Shown piece after piece: positions 41,476 through 51,241 of a DNA stretch of 64,000 nucleotides. The translations under genes and the position numbers were made by a program. The stretch is taken from contig JAXGPF010000005.1 of the NCBI GenBank assembly GCA_040767085.1, forward strand, positions 64,001-128,000, written 5' to 3'. The notes beneath the pieces are model-generated. The model was not told where the DNA came from. It was given only the letters and a program-made list of their open reading frames with translations, and did no database searches. Source of the stretch: Kiritimatiellia bacterium (GTDB lineage Bacteria; Verrucomicrobiota; Kiritimatiellia; JAAZAB01). Position 1 is the stretch's first letter. Each line of letters begins with the position of its first letter.

Positions 41476-41769
41476 ATGAAAAAAGTATTAGCGGGTGTGA
41501 TGCTGGCGGCCCTGCTGGCGGGCGGCGCGGTGCAGACGACGCAGGCTATCAATCCCAATCGCGGCGGACTGATGGGCTTTATCGCCGGGTGCTGCTTCGG
41601 CATCCGCGCCGGTGCGGCTTACAATGACGGCAAGGAAATCCACTGGCGCGAATGGGTGCAACTGATTCCGATTGCCAACCTTGTTTTCGCGGTCTGGAAC
41701 GGCATTGACGGCGCCAACGGCATGACCACGGCCGATTACGCCGGTAAATACGGCGCGGCGTTTTATTGA
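41476..41769 (+). CDS. Small secreted hydrophobic protein B (97 aa, GCCFG motif), unknown family
   Basis: Signal peptide ending TQA; AAGGAGG RBS; 28-aa core identical to protein A. Confidence 0.88.
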   Translation: MKKVLAGVMLAALLAGGAVQTTQAINPNRGGLMGFIAGCCFGIRAGAAYNDGKEIHWREWVQLIPIANLVFAVWNGIDGANGMTTADYAGKYGAAFY

Positions 41770-41789
41770 TCACGTCCGGCGCGTTTTTC

Positions 41790-41827
41790 AAAGGATTCCG
41801 GGCGCATGCCCGGAATCCTTTTTTATT
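41790..41827 (+). terminator. Intrinsic terminator
   Basis: AAAGGATTCCGGGC-GCAT-GCCCGGAATCCTTT followed by TTTATT. Confidence 0.85.
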
Positions 41828-41849
41828 GCGCCGCTCCGAATCGCCAGTC

Positions 41850-42602
41850 ATGAAGATCCGGACTTATTTATCCCTGGCGGCCGCCGCGCTGGCGCAGGCC
41901 GCCCTGGCCGGGGAGCCGACCCTGGCGGAACAGGTCTGCCGCAGCTACACCAACATCCAGACCGTCTCCTGCCTGGCGCGCAAGACCACGGCGCTCCGTG
42001 AACAGACGGCGCATATGCTCAGCCGGGTATATTACCAGCGCCCCGACCGCCTGCATGTCGAAAACATCGTGCCGTTGCGGCGGCGCATCATCGCCGATGG
42101 CGCCCGCTTTTACCTGGCGCAGGATGGCTGGCGCAAGGGCTATTCCGTGCCCCTCGCCGAATTGGACGGCGAGTGGAAAATCATGCAGCAGGCCATTCCC
42201 GGCACGGCCATGGAACACCTCCTGCGGCTGCAAGGCGTCGCAGAGGATGTTTTGGACAGGCAGCCGGAGCTGCCCGTGCGCCGCGGTTATCAAAAGGATA
42301 ACCTCTACGTCGTGCTCGCCGCCGACGCGCAGCAACGCCTGGCGCGCATTGAATTTTACACAAATTCCGATCTGGCCGAGCGCACCGCGCTGTACCTGTT
42401 CGACGATTTTCTGCACGTCACGAACGACTGCTGGCTGGCCGCGCGGCAGCGCGCGGAATTGCGCCTCCAGGGCGATGACATCAAGGAAACCCGCCGCTTC
42501 GATAATCTGCAAGTCAATCAACCCCTGGCCGCCGGATTGTTCGACCCGGACGCCTTTTTCAAAGGTCTCGATTTTGTCCCGGATTTTTCCGCCGCCCCCT
42601 GA
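41850..42602 (+). CDS. LolA-like periplasmic carrier-fold protein
   Basis: Signal peptide; SRVYYQRPDRLHVE, IIADG, FDNLQVNQPLAAGLFDP match the LolA-fold pattern. Confidence 0.7.
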   Translation: MKIRTYLSLAAAALAQAALAGEPTLAEQVCRSYTNIQTVSCLARKTTALREQTAHMLSRVYYQRPDRLHVENIVPLRRRIIADGARFYLAQDGWRKGYSVPLAELDGEWKIMQQAIPGTAMEHLLRLQGVAEDVLDRQPELPVRRGYQKDNLYVVLAADAQQRLARIEFYTNSDLAERTALYLFDDFLHVTNDCWLAARQRAELRLQGDDIKETRRFDNLQVNQPLAAGLFDPDAFFKGLDFVPDFSAAP

Positions 42603-42660
42603 ATGATGCCGCCGGCCTAAAGCAAGATTTTAGTAAGGGAGCCAGCCAACCGCGAAAACC

Positions 42661-43488
42661 ATGGCCACTTTCCGACCTGTGTTGTTCTGTCTTTTTTTAA
42701 CCGGCGGCGCCGCCGCCGCGGAAATCGCGCTGGTCCGCGATCTGTACGGCGAACGCCAGTGGCTGGCCTGCCAAACCGAGGCCCGGCGCATCCTCGCAGA
42801 GCAGCCGCGCGATTTCGAAGCGCTGCTCTACCGCGCCCGCGCCGATGCCCGGCTCGGCCGGGAAAACGCCCTGCCGGAGTTGGAAGCCCTGGCGGCGAAT
42901 CCCAACGCGCCCGAGGCGGTGCGCGCTCCGGCCCGCTATGAAGCCGCCCTGCAATTATGGCGCCAGGGACAACGCGCCGCCGCCGCCAACAACTTGCGCG
43001 AGGTTTTTCTGCTGACTGCCGATCGCCAGCTTTTCCTGGAGTCCGGCTGCGCCCTGACCCTGGTTTTGCGCGAGCAGCCCATGCCGTGGCGCGACATGGA
43101 AACCATCAATGCCCAATTGCAGACCGCGGCGCCGCAATGGACGCCGGACCTGATTCAATCGGTGCGCCGTGAATGGGCGCCGGCGCCGGATAGCGGCAGG
43201 GCGGGACGTAGCTTGATCGCTTTCTACCGCTCGCAAATCCGGCCGGCCATCGGCGACCGCTGCCTGTTGCAGCCTTCCTGCTCGGAATACTCGCGCCAGG
43301 CCTTTAAAAAACACGGTATGCTAGCCGGCGTCGCGATGACCGCCGACCGGTTTGTCCGGGAGCCGGGCGTGGTCGCCGCGGCCGCCGTACCGGTGGTATG
43401 CCGCGGCCGTGTGTATTACGGCGACCCGCTACGCGATCACGACTGGTGGTTTGACCGGCAGCCGGACGATAACCAGGAAAACCAGTAA
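42661..43488 (+). CDS. Signal peptide + TPR-like region + C-terminal YidD (haemolytic) domain
   Basis: FYRSQIRPAIGDRCLLQPSCSEYSRQAFKKHG...TADR is the YidD signature. Confidence 0.8.
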   Translation: MATFRPVLFCLFLTGGAAAAEIALVRDLYGERQWLACQTEARRILAEQPRDFEALLYRARADARLGRENALPELEALAANPNAPEAVRAPARYEAALQLWRQGQRAAAANNLREVFLLTADRQLFLESGCALTLVLREQPMPWRDMETINAQLQTAAPQWTPDLIQSVRREWAPAPDSGRAGRSLIAFYRSQIRPAIGDRCLLQPSCSEYSRQAFKKHGMLAGVAMTADRFVREPGVVAAAAVPVVCRGRVYYGDPLRDHDWWFDRQPDDNQENQ

Positions 43489-43490
43489 TT

Positions 43491-44360
43491 ATGCGCTCTT
43501 GGTGTAAAAATCTGTTCGCCTGCCTTGCAGTTATGGGCCTGCCCGCCCTGGCAACAGAGGCGCCGCCGCTCCGCCTGGCTTGCGAGCTGGCGGAGGAAGG
43601 CGACCACGCCGCCGCCGCGCTCGAATTCCGACGGCTGGCACTGGCCGCGGAACGGCCGGCCGACTGCGGCGGATTGGCCTGGGCGGCGGCCTATGAATAC
43701 GGCCGCGCCGACGCCTGGCCGACGGCGGAAAAGATGCTGGACTGCGCTGAAAACGCCGATCCATCCCTGGAATTGCCGGCCCTCCTCCTGCGCGCGGAAA
43801 GCGCCGCTGCCCAGCTTCAGCCGGAAGCGGCGGACTTTTACTTCCAGGCGGCGCGAGGCAACCGCGCTGCTCCCGATGACCTCCGGCGCTACGCCGCGCG
43901 CCGGTCGGCCGCCCTGCTGGCCGGCATGCAGCAGACCGACGCCGCCCAGGCGGCGCTGGCCGGCGCGCCGGGCGAGCACACCGAAGCCCGGCAGGCGCTG
44001 GAGGAATACGCGGCCGGCCGTGACAAAAAGCCGCTGCTGGGCGGCTTCCTGGGCATCATCCCCGGCCTGGGCTATGCCTATGCCGGTGAATATGCCAATG
44101 CCGCCCGCTCGCTGATCCTCAACGGCCTGTTCATCTTCGGCATGGTCAACACCGCCCAGCATGACGAGTGGGGCGCCTTCGCCGTCATCACCTTTTTTGA
44201 ATTCACGTGGTATTCCGGCAGCATTTACGGGGGGTTGGACGCCACCCACCGGTATAACCGCCAGCGCCTCGAAGCCTGCCAGGACCGGATTATCGGCGGC
44301 GCGGGGTTCAAGCCGGACTGGCAACGCCTGCCGCTGGTTATCCTGCAATTCGAGTTCTAA
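43491..44360 (+). CDS. Signal peptide + TPR-like region + TM2/DUF5683-like hydrophobic C-terminus
   Basis: KKPLLGGFLGIIPGLGYAYAGEY; hydrophobic helices; ends LVILQFEF. Confidence 0.7.
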   Translation: MRSWCKNLFACLAVMGLPALATEAPPLRLACELAEEGDHAAAALEFRRLALAAERPADCGGLAWAAAYEYGRADAWPTAEKMLDCAENADPSLELPALLLRAESAAAQLQPEAADFYFQAARGNRAAPDDLRRYAARRSAALLAGMQQTDAAQAALAGAPGEHTEARQALEEYAAGRDKKPLLGGFLGIIPGLGYAYAGEYANAARSLILNGLFIFGMVNTAQHDEWGAFAVITFFEFTWYSGSIYGGLDATHRYNRQRLEACQDRIIGGAGFKPDWQRLPLVILQFEF

Positions 44361-44365
44361 GCACC

Positions 44366-45412
44366 ATGCCCCATACTCCCAAAATCCTGATCGGCGCCCT
44401 CGTGGCGATCGTCATCCTGATCGTAGCCGCATTGGCCGGGCGTTATTTTTATCAGGGGCACAGGGCTCTTGCCCGCCGGCCGCTGTCCCTGCCCATCCTG
44501 ATGTACCATGATTTGAGCCCCGCCGGCGATCCCGCGACCGCCGCGGATGTCTGGACCGTGCAAGCCGACAACTTCGAAAAACATCTGCAATCCCTCAAGG
44601 CCCAGGGTTACGCCAGCGTACTGCCGGCCGACCTGGCCGCGGCCGCGCGCGGACGGGCAAATCTGCCTCCCCGGCCGGTTGTGATTACCTTTGACGACGG
44701 CTTCCTCAGCAGCGTGACCCTGGCCGAGCCATTGCTGCGGCAATACGGATTCCAGGCCATGGTTTATCTCATTACCGCCAAAATCGCCGACACGCCGGAA
44801 CAGCGCCAAAAATACCGCGGCGCGCCGTGCCTGGTCTGGCCGGAAGTCCGCGCCGCCATGCGGCGCGGCACCCTGGCTTTCGGCGTCCACTCTCATACGC
44901 ACCCCAAACATCCGGATGCCGTGGCCGCGGAAATCACCGTCAGCCGGGACTGGTTCCGCGCCCGCACCGGCGTCCGCCCCGACTCCTTTTGCTATCCGCA
45001 TGGCCAGGTCAATCCGGATCTGGAGCGCGCCGTGCGGGCCGCCGGCTATACCACGGCCATGATCTGCGAAGATGAAGCAGCTATGCTGGGCCGAGATGCC
45101 AACCTGCTGGCCCTGCCGCGGGTGTCGGTCTTCGGCGGCGCGCAGCATTTTACGGTGGAGGTGTTGCCGCGCGATCAAACCGGGCCGCATTGCGTGGGCG
45201 GCTTGGTGCGCAACCTCGGCCGGCCGGTCCGGGTGGCGCCGCGCCTGCTGGGCACGGGCATGCCGGCAGCGCAGGCATGGCTGCCCGAAACCCGCCTGGG
45301 GCCCGAAGCCCAGGACTGGCGCTGGCCGGTGGTGCCCGGCACGGATTTAAAAACATTACGCCTGGAAATCTGGGATCGTAACCGCATCCTGCTGCTTTAT
45401 GCCGCGCCTTGA
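44366..45412 (+). CDS. Polysaccharide deacetylase (CE4/NodB), membrane anchored
   Basis: PILMYH, ITFDDG, HSHTH, FCYPHG. Confidence 0.9.
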   Translation: MPHTPKILIGALVAIVILIVAALAGRYFYQGHRALARRPLSLPILMYHDLSPAGDPATAADVWTVQADNFEKHLQSLKAQGYASVLPADLAAAARGRANLPPRPVVITFDDGFLSSVTLAEPLLRQYGFQAMVYLITAKIADTPEQRQKYRGAPCLVWPEVRAAMRRGTLAFGVHSHTHPKHPDAVAAEITVSRDWFRARTGVRPDSFCYPHGQVNPDLERAVRAAGYTTAMICEDEAAMLGRDANLLALPRVSVFGGAQHFTVEVLPRDQTGPHCVGGLVRNLGRPVRVAPRLLGTGMPAAQAWLPETRLGPEAQDWRWPVVPGTDLKTLRLEIWDRNRILLLYAAP

Positions 45413-45435
45413 ATTACGCCTGAAACCCATAGACC

Positions 45436-48400
45436 ATGCCAACCCCATCCAACCCCCAATCCGTTGCCGGCAACCGGCGCTATTTGGCCAGGTGGCTGCT
45501 GGCCGGCATCGTGCTGGCAGCCGCTTTCCTGCGCTATGGCGGTTTCGACCGGCCGGCGGAAATGCATCCCGATCAACCGCGCATCCTGAGTTGGATGGAA
45601 CGCACGGAACAAGACGGTTACCTGAAAAACACGGTGTATCCCGGCGGGTTCTTTACATTGTTCAACCAATTCCGCCGGGCGGTTTCACCCGTCCTGAACC
45701 TGCAACAGCATTGGCGTTACCAGTTGAACGAAATTGACCGGGTTACGCCGCCGCGCGACCTGCATTTGTCGCTGGGAAGGCATTTCAACGTCTGGCTGGC
45801 CGCGGCTACCTGTGCCCTGATCTACCTGATGGCAGCCGGCATCGCCAGGTCGTGGTGGGCCGGCCTGTATGCGGCGGCGCTTTTTTGCCTGGCGCCCGAA
45901 CACATTATCCATGCGCATTATGTCCAGACCGATATCGCCATGGTTTTTACACTGACACTGGCTTTGTGGCTGTGGGCTTGTTTTGCCGGACGCCGCGCAT
46001 TATGGCTGTTTGCCGCCGCCGCCCTGGCGTCCGGATTTGCCGCCGGCACCAAGTACACCTTGCTGTGCCTGGCCCCGCTGGGCTGGATTTTCAGCTTCTA
46101 TGCGCCGTCGTCCCGCGCTCCCGGCGCGCCAGCCGCCGGCGCCAAACCTCAAGCATGGCGGCGCATCATCGTCCGCATGATCCTGGCCACGGTTTTGTTC
46201 GCGGCCGGGTTCAGCCTGGCCACGCCGGAAATTTTGGATTGGCATGCCTTCCAGGAAGGCTTGCGCTACCAGAATATGCGGGTATATGGCGAAGGCGCGA
46301 CTATTTTGAACCAGGCGCGCGGCGAGCCGTTGATTGCGCTGCGGAGTCATTGCCGGCAATGGTGCGCCGCCGCCACCGTCCTGGGTTGGGGCAGCCTGCT
46401 CTCCGCCGCCGCGGGTTTATGGTTGGCCGGCACATTTGCTTACCGCCGGTATTGGCCGGTCTTGCTCGGGTTTCCCTTGTGCTACCTGTATTATTACCTG
46501 TTCCGGGCGCCCTGGGTCCGCGGCCAGGAATTCATGAATTTCTTCCCAGCCTGGGCCGTGCTGGCCGGGCTGTTGCCCCTGTATTTGTGGCGGCGGTGGC
46601 AACATCCCGCCGGCCGGCGGCTGGGCCGGGCGGCGGCGCTGATTTTGATTCTGGCGACTTTCCTGCCGCTCTTCCAAAACGGACTGATCGCAGCCTCCGC
46701 GTTCAAATGGAAAGACACCCGCTACCTGGCCAACCGCTGGCTGCAACGCCATTTGCCGGCCAATTACCGCCTGGGCCTGGAACGTTATACCGATCCGGCG
46801 CAAGTGGGCGTGGGACAGGGCGCGGCATTCATTCATAAAATTGAAACCGCGAGCCGGGACTTGCTGGAAAACCGGAAGTATGACGCCATCCTCCGCAATC
46901 CCTCATCCGATGGACGCGGCCTGCGCCACCCGGTGACCGGGCGCCGCTACTCAAAATACCAAACCGCATTCGATGGCTTTACCAACCGCGCCGTCTGCCT
47001 GCGCGCATGGAGCGTCCTCCCGCCGAACCGCTTTGCCTCGCCCTTCACATCGCCGGACCTGGAACTCTGGCTCTATCGGCCTGCTGCCCCGGAACTGGAA
47101 TTGCAGTTGCCGCTGGCCCAACCCGGTTATATCAGCCACGACGGCCGGGAAACTTATTGTCGTGCCGGCCATGAATCCGGCAGCGCGGATTTGCTGTTGA
47201 TTGACCGGTATCCGCGGGAGTGCGCTTTCGCCGGGCCCGCGGAATTGCCGCGCCCGGTTTACGCGCTGGTCAATACGCTGGAACGGCCGGCGGAATTTTA
47301 CCTGCGCGGCTTTGGCCGCCGTTTTAAACAACGATTGCCGCCCTATCAAGCTGCGGCCATCCCGCTCCAGCGTCCCTGGTGGCGGCCGCGCCTGGACGGT
47401 TTTGAAAGGCTGGCCGCCGCCACCCGTCCGGAGCCGCACATTGAATATATTCCTTGCCTGCTGCGCGCCGCTTTTGACGCGCCGGCAGCCGCCGCCCTGC
47501 TCCAGCAAATGGGGCACCCCGGCCAGGCGCTCGCTCTGCTGCAAAGCGATCCTGACCGGGAATCACTCAGCCCGGCCCTGGTCTATCCCCTGGCAGTGGC
47601 TAATGCACAGTGGGACCTGGCCGCCCAGTGGGAGCCGTGCGCGGCGGAACTGCGCGCGCGGCTGCAACAGGCATTAGCCCTGTCCCCGGAGTCCATCAGC
47701 GTCAATGGGATCAACGGCTGGCATTACAATCAATGCGCGCGCATCCGCCTGACACCCGGCAATGGCTGCAGCAAATTGGAACTCGCTCCCGACCGGATTG
47801 GCAGTCCGGAAACTTTGCCCGGCCTTCCGCCCGGCGCCACGCTGGATTTATCCGCGCGCCTGGCGCGCGGGATTTATACCGTTGCCATGAACTTGCGCGC
47901 CATGCCGGAACACGGCGCGGGTAGTTTCGCCGTGTATGACAGCCAGGGGCGCAAACTCGCCGAAGGCCCCTGGCAGGATGTCCCGGACGACTTAATCGCC
48001 GTCGAATTTACCCTGGCGGTCGGACGTGAATCCGACGCCTGGCTGCATTTCACATCCACCATTCCCGCCGTCCTGGAATACCGGGACCTGGAAATCCGCT
48101 GGGATATGCATGACCAAATCCGGGCGGTTTATAATGCCTTGACCGCGGCCCTGGCCCAAAACCAACTGCATGCCGGCCAGGCCGGCCAGGCCCTGGCGTT
48201 GCTGGCGGAAGCCGCGCCGCCATGCTGGAACGATTTGGAATTCAAACGTCTTGAATTGGCGGCGCTGCAGGCGGACGCCGTCGCGCCGGAACGCCTCGCC
48301 CAGGCTGCGCGCCGGATTTTGCAGGCCGCGCCAGATTATTACCCGGCTTTAAACATCATCCAGCCTGAGACCGCCGCGCGGCGGCCGGCCAACCTGCCCC

Positions 48401-48810
48401 ACCCCGTCCTTTTCCCGCCGTTTCTGGCGCTGGTCGGCGTGCGCGCGGGCCAGGCGGAAGGCGGCGCGATTGAATTGATTTTCGAGGCCAGGGACGATGG
48501 CATGCCATCCCTGGCCGCCGCGTCTCATCACCGCCGGGGCCGGCGCGGCTGGCGCAAAGACGCCTGCCGGCCCATCGGGCCGGAATGCCGCCGCCTGACC
48601 CGCGGCGAACGCGTGTCCGTCCGCTTCGATCAGGAAAAACAAATGGCGGATGGCCGGGCCCTTTCGGATATCGGCATTTCAATTCAGGCCAATGTGCGGT
48701 GGTCGCCGGGCACGCTGAAGCCGGCGGGCCGGTCTGGGCCGGTAATTGCCGTCAGCGAATTGGTTCAACTGCTGAATCCTGAAAACATCAACGATAAAGC
48801 CTGCCCATGA
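45436..48810 (+). CDS. GT-C fold glycosyltransferase (GT39/ArnT-like) with a large C-terminal soluble region
   Basis: HPD motif after TM1, many TM helices, AAGTKY, DTRYLANRWL. Confidence 0.75.
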   Translation: MPTPSNPQSVAGNRRYLARWLLAGIVLAAAFLRYGGFDRPAEMHPDQPRILSWMERTEQDGYLKNTVYPGGFFTLFNQFRRAVSPVLNLQQHWRYQLNEIDRVTPPRDLHLSLGRHFNVWLAAATCALIYLMAAGIARSWWAGLYAAALFCLAPEHIIHAHYVQTDIAMVFTLTLALWLWACFAGRRALWLFAAAALASGFAAGTKYTLLCLAPLGWIFSFYAPSSRAPGAPAAGAKPQAWRRIIVRMILATVLFAAGFSLATPEILDWHAFQEGLRYQNMRVYGEGATILNQARGEPLIALRSHCRQWCAAATVLGWGSLLSAAAGLWLAGTFAYRRYWPVLLGFPLCYLYYYLFRAPWVRGQEFMNFFPAWAVLAGLLPLYLWRRWQHPAGRRLGRAAALILILATFLPLFQNGLIAASAFKWKDTRYLANRWLQRHLPANYRLGLERYTDPAQVGVGQGAAFIHKIETASRDLLENRKYDAILRNPSSDGRGLRHPVTGRRYSKYQTAFDGFTNRAVCLRAWSVLPPNRFASPFTSPDLELWLYRPAAPELELQLPLAQPGYISHDGRETYCRAGHESGSADLLLIDRYPRECAFAGPAELPRPVYALVNTLERPAEFYLRGFGRRFKQRLPPYQAAAIPLQRPWWRPRLDGFERLAAATRPEPHIEYIPCLLRAAFDAPAAAALLQQMGHPGQALALLQSDPDRESLSPALVYPLAVANAQWDLAAQWEPCAAELRARLQQALALSPESISVNGINGWHYNQCARIRLTPGNGCSKLELAPDRIGSPETLPGLPPGATLDLSARLARGIYTVAMNLRAMPEHGAGSFAVYDSQGRKLAEGPWQDVPDDLIAVEFTLAVGRESDAWLHFTSTIPAVLEYRDLEIRWDMHDQIRAVYNALTAALAQNQLHAGQAGQALALLAEAAPPCWNDLEFKRLELAALQADAVAPERLAQAARRILQAAPDYYPALNIIQPETAARRPANLPHPVLFPPFLALVGVRAGQAEGGAIELIFEARDDGMPSLAAASHHRRGRRGWRKDACRPIGPECRRLTRGERVSVRFDQEKQMADGRALSDIGISIQANVRWSPGTLKPAGRSGPVIAVSELVQLLNPENINDKACP

Positions 48811-49946
48811 CTTACCGCCTGCCATTCGCCGAACGCAAAACCTCCTGGCGCGGATTGCTGGACCTTGGCGCCGGCTGTTATCCTGCCTTCCTCTTCGGCG
48901 GCCCGATCGGCCGCCAAATGCTGCCGGTGTTTCACTTCCACGACGTCACCCCGGAATACCTTGAGCCTTACCTGCGCTACCTGGCCGAAAATCAATACCG
49001 CACCGTGGTTTCCAGCGATATTCACCGCCTGGCGGCCGCCGGCGTTCATCCCGGCCCGCGCGCGGTGGCGCTTTGTTTCGACGACGCCTGGGCCAGTGTC
49101 TGGACCGTGGTCTGCCCCATGCTGCGCCGGTATAATCTGACCGCCATAACTTACGCCATCCCCGCACGCGTGCCGGATGCCGCCGCGCCGCGTCCGCTGG
49201 CTGCTGAGCCATCGGCGTCCGCCGGCGGTCCCCCGCATGCCACCTGGCCGGAATTACGGGCGTTGCAGGCATCCGGAGTGGTGGATGTGCAGGCCCATAC
49301 CCTGGCGCATGCCATGATTTTCTGCGATGACCGCCCATTGGGATTTGTGACGCCGGAATATGCGCCGCCGCCGCTGGCCGAACCGCTGTTGAACGACAGC
49401 GCGCTGCCCCGGTTTTTATCCGCCGCGGACCTGGGCGCCCCGATTTATCCTTGCCGGTCGCGCTGTTCCGACGCCCTCAGATTCTTTCCCGACCCCGCCG
49501 GCGTGGCGGCGTGCCGGGCGCACGCCGCGGCCAATGGCGGAGCGGATTACTTCCGCCAGCCGGACTGGGGAAAGCCGCTGCAAGCCATTATGCGCCAGGC
49601 CGGCGGGCGTTGGGAAACCGCGGTAGAAGCCCGGCGCGCCATCGCCCGGGAAGTCGGCGCCGCCCGGGAAATCCTGAACGAGCGCCTCCAGACGGATACA
49701 GTCCGCCACCTGTGCTTTCCCTGGGCCGTGGCCGGCCGGACCGCGGAAGCCGCGGCGCGCCAGGCTGGTTACCTGACAGCCTTCGCCGACCGTTTATGCG
49801 GCAAGCGCGCGGTGCGCGCCGGCGACAATCCTTATCGCCTGATGCGGCTCAAACACCAGTATATTTTTGCCCTTCCCGGGCGGCCCCGCCGGCATTTCTT
49901 CCAACTGCGCCGGAATTGCGCTTCCAGAAAATGCAAAAATCATTGA
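48807..49946 (+). CDS. Polysaccharide deacetylase
   Basis: LCFDDA, QAHTLAH, LCFPW; overlaps the upstream stop. Confidence 0.82.
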   Translation: MTYRLPFAERKTSWRGLLDLGAGCYPAFLFGGPIGRQMLPVFHFHDVTPEYLEPYLRYLAENQYRTVVSSDIHRLAAAGVHPGPRAVALCFDDAWASVWTVVCPMLRRYNLTAITYAIPARVPDAAAPRPLAAEPSASAGGPPHATWPELRALQASGVVDVQAHTLAHAMIFCDDRPLGFVTPEYAPPPLAEPLLNDSALPRFLSAADLGAPIYPCRSRCSDALRFFPDPAGVAACRAHAAANGGADYFRQPDWGKPLQAIMRQAGGRWETAVEARRAIAREVGAAREILNERLQTDTVRHLCFPWAVAGRTAEAAARQAGYLTAFADRLCGKRAVRAGDNPYRLMRLKHQYIFALPGRPRRHFFQLRRNCASRKCKNH

Positions 49947-51166
49947 TCCCCAACCTGTCTGCTCCCTTTCCCCGCATCTGCCTGCTGACCGGGAACTTTC
50001 ATCCGGTGGTCGGCGGCGGTGAAAAGCACGCGCTTTCATTGGCCCGGGAATTGATCCGCCAGGGCGCGCGGGTGACGGTGTTGACGCGGCGCCGCAGCCG
50101 CGTGTTGCCGGCGCGGGAAACGGTGCTGGGGATTCCGGTGGTCCGCGTCGGTCCGCCCGGTTTTCCACGGCTGGGCAAGTACCTGATGCTGCCGGCCGTC
50201 CTGCGGCATTTGCGCCGGGAACGCGCCAATTACGATATCATCTATGTCTGCGGACTGCGCGTATTGGGTTGGCCGGGCGCGGCCGCGGCCGGACGGTTGG
50301 ACAAAAAATGCGTGCTGCGCGCGGAAGCCCTGGGCGAGTTGTCGGGTGATTTTATCTGGCGGCGCCATCCCGGCGCGCCCGTCAATCCTCTGCGCCGACG
50401 GCTGTTCCAGCCGCTGATCCGCTGGCGCAACCGCCGGCTGCTGGCGGGCGCGTCGGCCTTCGTCAGCATCAGCGCGCCGGTGCGGGAAGAATTCCTGGCC
50501 TGCGGCGTGCCGCCGGCGCGCATCCATGACATTCCCAATGGCATTGACCCGGAAGAATTCGCGCCGGCCGATGCCGCCCGGCGCCGGGAACTGCGGGCGC
50601 AACTGGGCTTGCCGGCCGACCGGGTCATCTGCGCCTACTCCGGTAAACTCAACCGCGGCAAGGGCTTGCAGTTTCTTGTCCAGCTCTGGCGTGAATTTGC
50701 CGCCGAACGCCCGCAACTCCACCTGCTGCTGATCGGCGGCGGCGGCGGCCAGGCCATTTCCTGCGAGACGGAGCTACGCCGCATGATCTGCTCCGACAAC
50801 CTCGGGGATAAAATCACCATCACCGGCTACACGCAAAACGTGCCTGCCTACCTCCGCGCCGCGGATTATTTCCTTTTCCCATCCGAAAGCGAAACCCTGG
50901 GCCTGGCCCTGCTGGAGGCGCTGGCATGCGAATTGCCGGCAGTCGCCTCGCGCATTCCCGGGATTGCCGATTTCATGCGGGATGGCGTCAACGGCCGACT
51001 GGCAGCGCCGAACGACAGGCAGGAATGGCGGGCGGCCATCGGCGGCTTGCTGGCCGATCCGGCCGGCGCCCGCGTCCTGGGCCGCGCCGGACGTCAAACC
51101 GTCCTGGAACGCTACAGCATCGCGCGCGACGCCGCACGGCACCTGGAATTGTTCCGTATTTGCTGA
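49931..51166 (+). CDS. Glycosyltransferase family 4
   Basis: GGGEKH, IPNGID, PSESETLGLALLEALAC. Confidence 0.92.
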   Translation: MQKSLIPNLSAPFPRICLLTGNFHPVVGGGEKHALSLARELIRQGARVTVLTRRRSRVLPARETVLGIPVVRVGPPGFPRLGKYLMLPAVLRHLRRERANYDIIYVCGLRVLGWPGAAAAGRLDKKCVLRAEALGELSGDFIWRRHPGAPVNPLRRRLFQPLIRWRNRRLLAGASAFVSISAPVREEFLACGVPPARIHDIPNGIDPEEFAPADAARRRELRAQLGLPADRVICAYSGKLNRGKGLQFLVQLWREFAAERPQLHLLLIGGGGGQAISCETELRRMICSDNLGDKITITGYTQNVPAYLRAADYFLFPSESETLGLALLEALACELPAVASRIPGIADFMRDGVNGRLAAPNDRQEWRAAIGGLLADPAGARVLGRAGRQTVLERYSIARDAARHLELFRIC

Positions 51167-51204
51167 TCAAGCCGGTCAACTGCCGCGTTCGTGCAAATCC
51201 GCGC

Positions 51205-51233
51205 TTGACCGTCTTCCCGGCAAAGCCTAAATT
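51205..51233 (+). promoter_or_regulatory. sigma70-type promoter, probably giving a leaderless transcript
   Basis: TTGACC-17 bp-TAAATT; ATG at 51242 is 8 nt downstream. Confidence 0.55.
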
Positions 51234-51241
51234 TATTATCC

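Noticed and set aside
41147-41769. Classical RiPP or type IV/Flp pilin precursors
   Set aside because: Sec-type signal peptides, no G/FxxxE prepilin motif, and no modifying enzyme or peptidase-ABC exporter nearby
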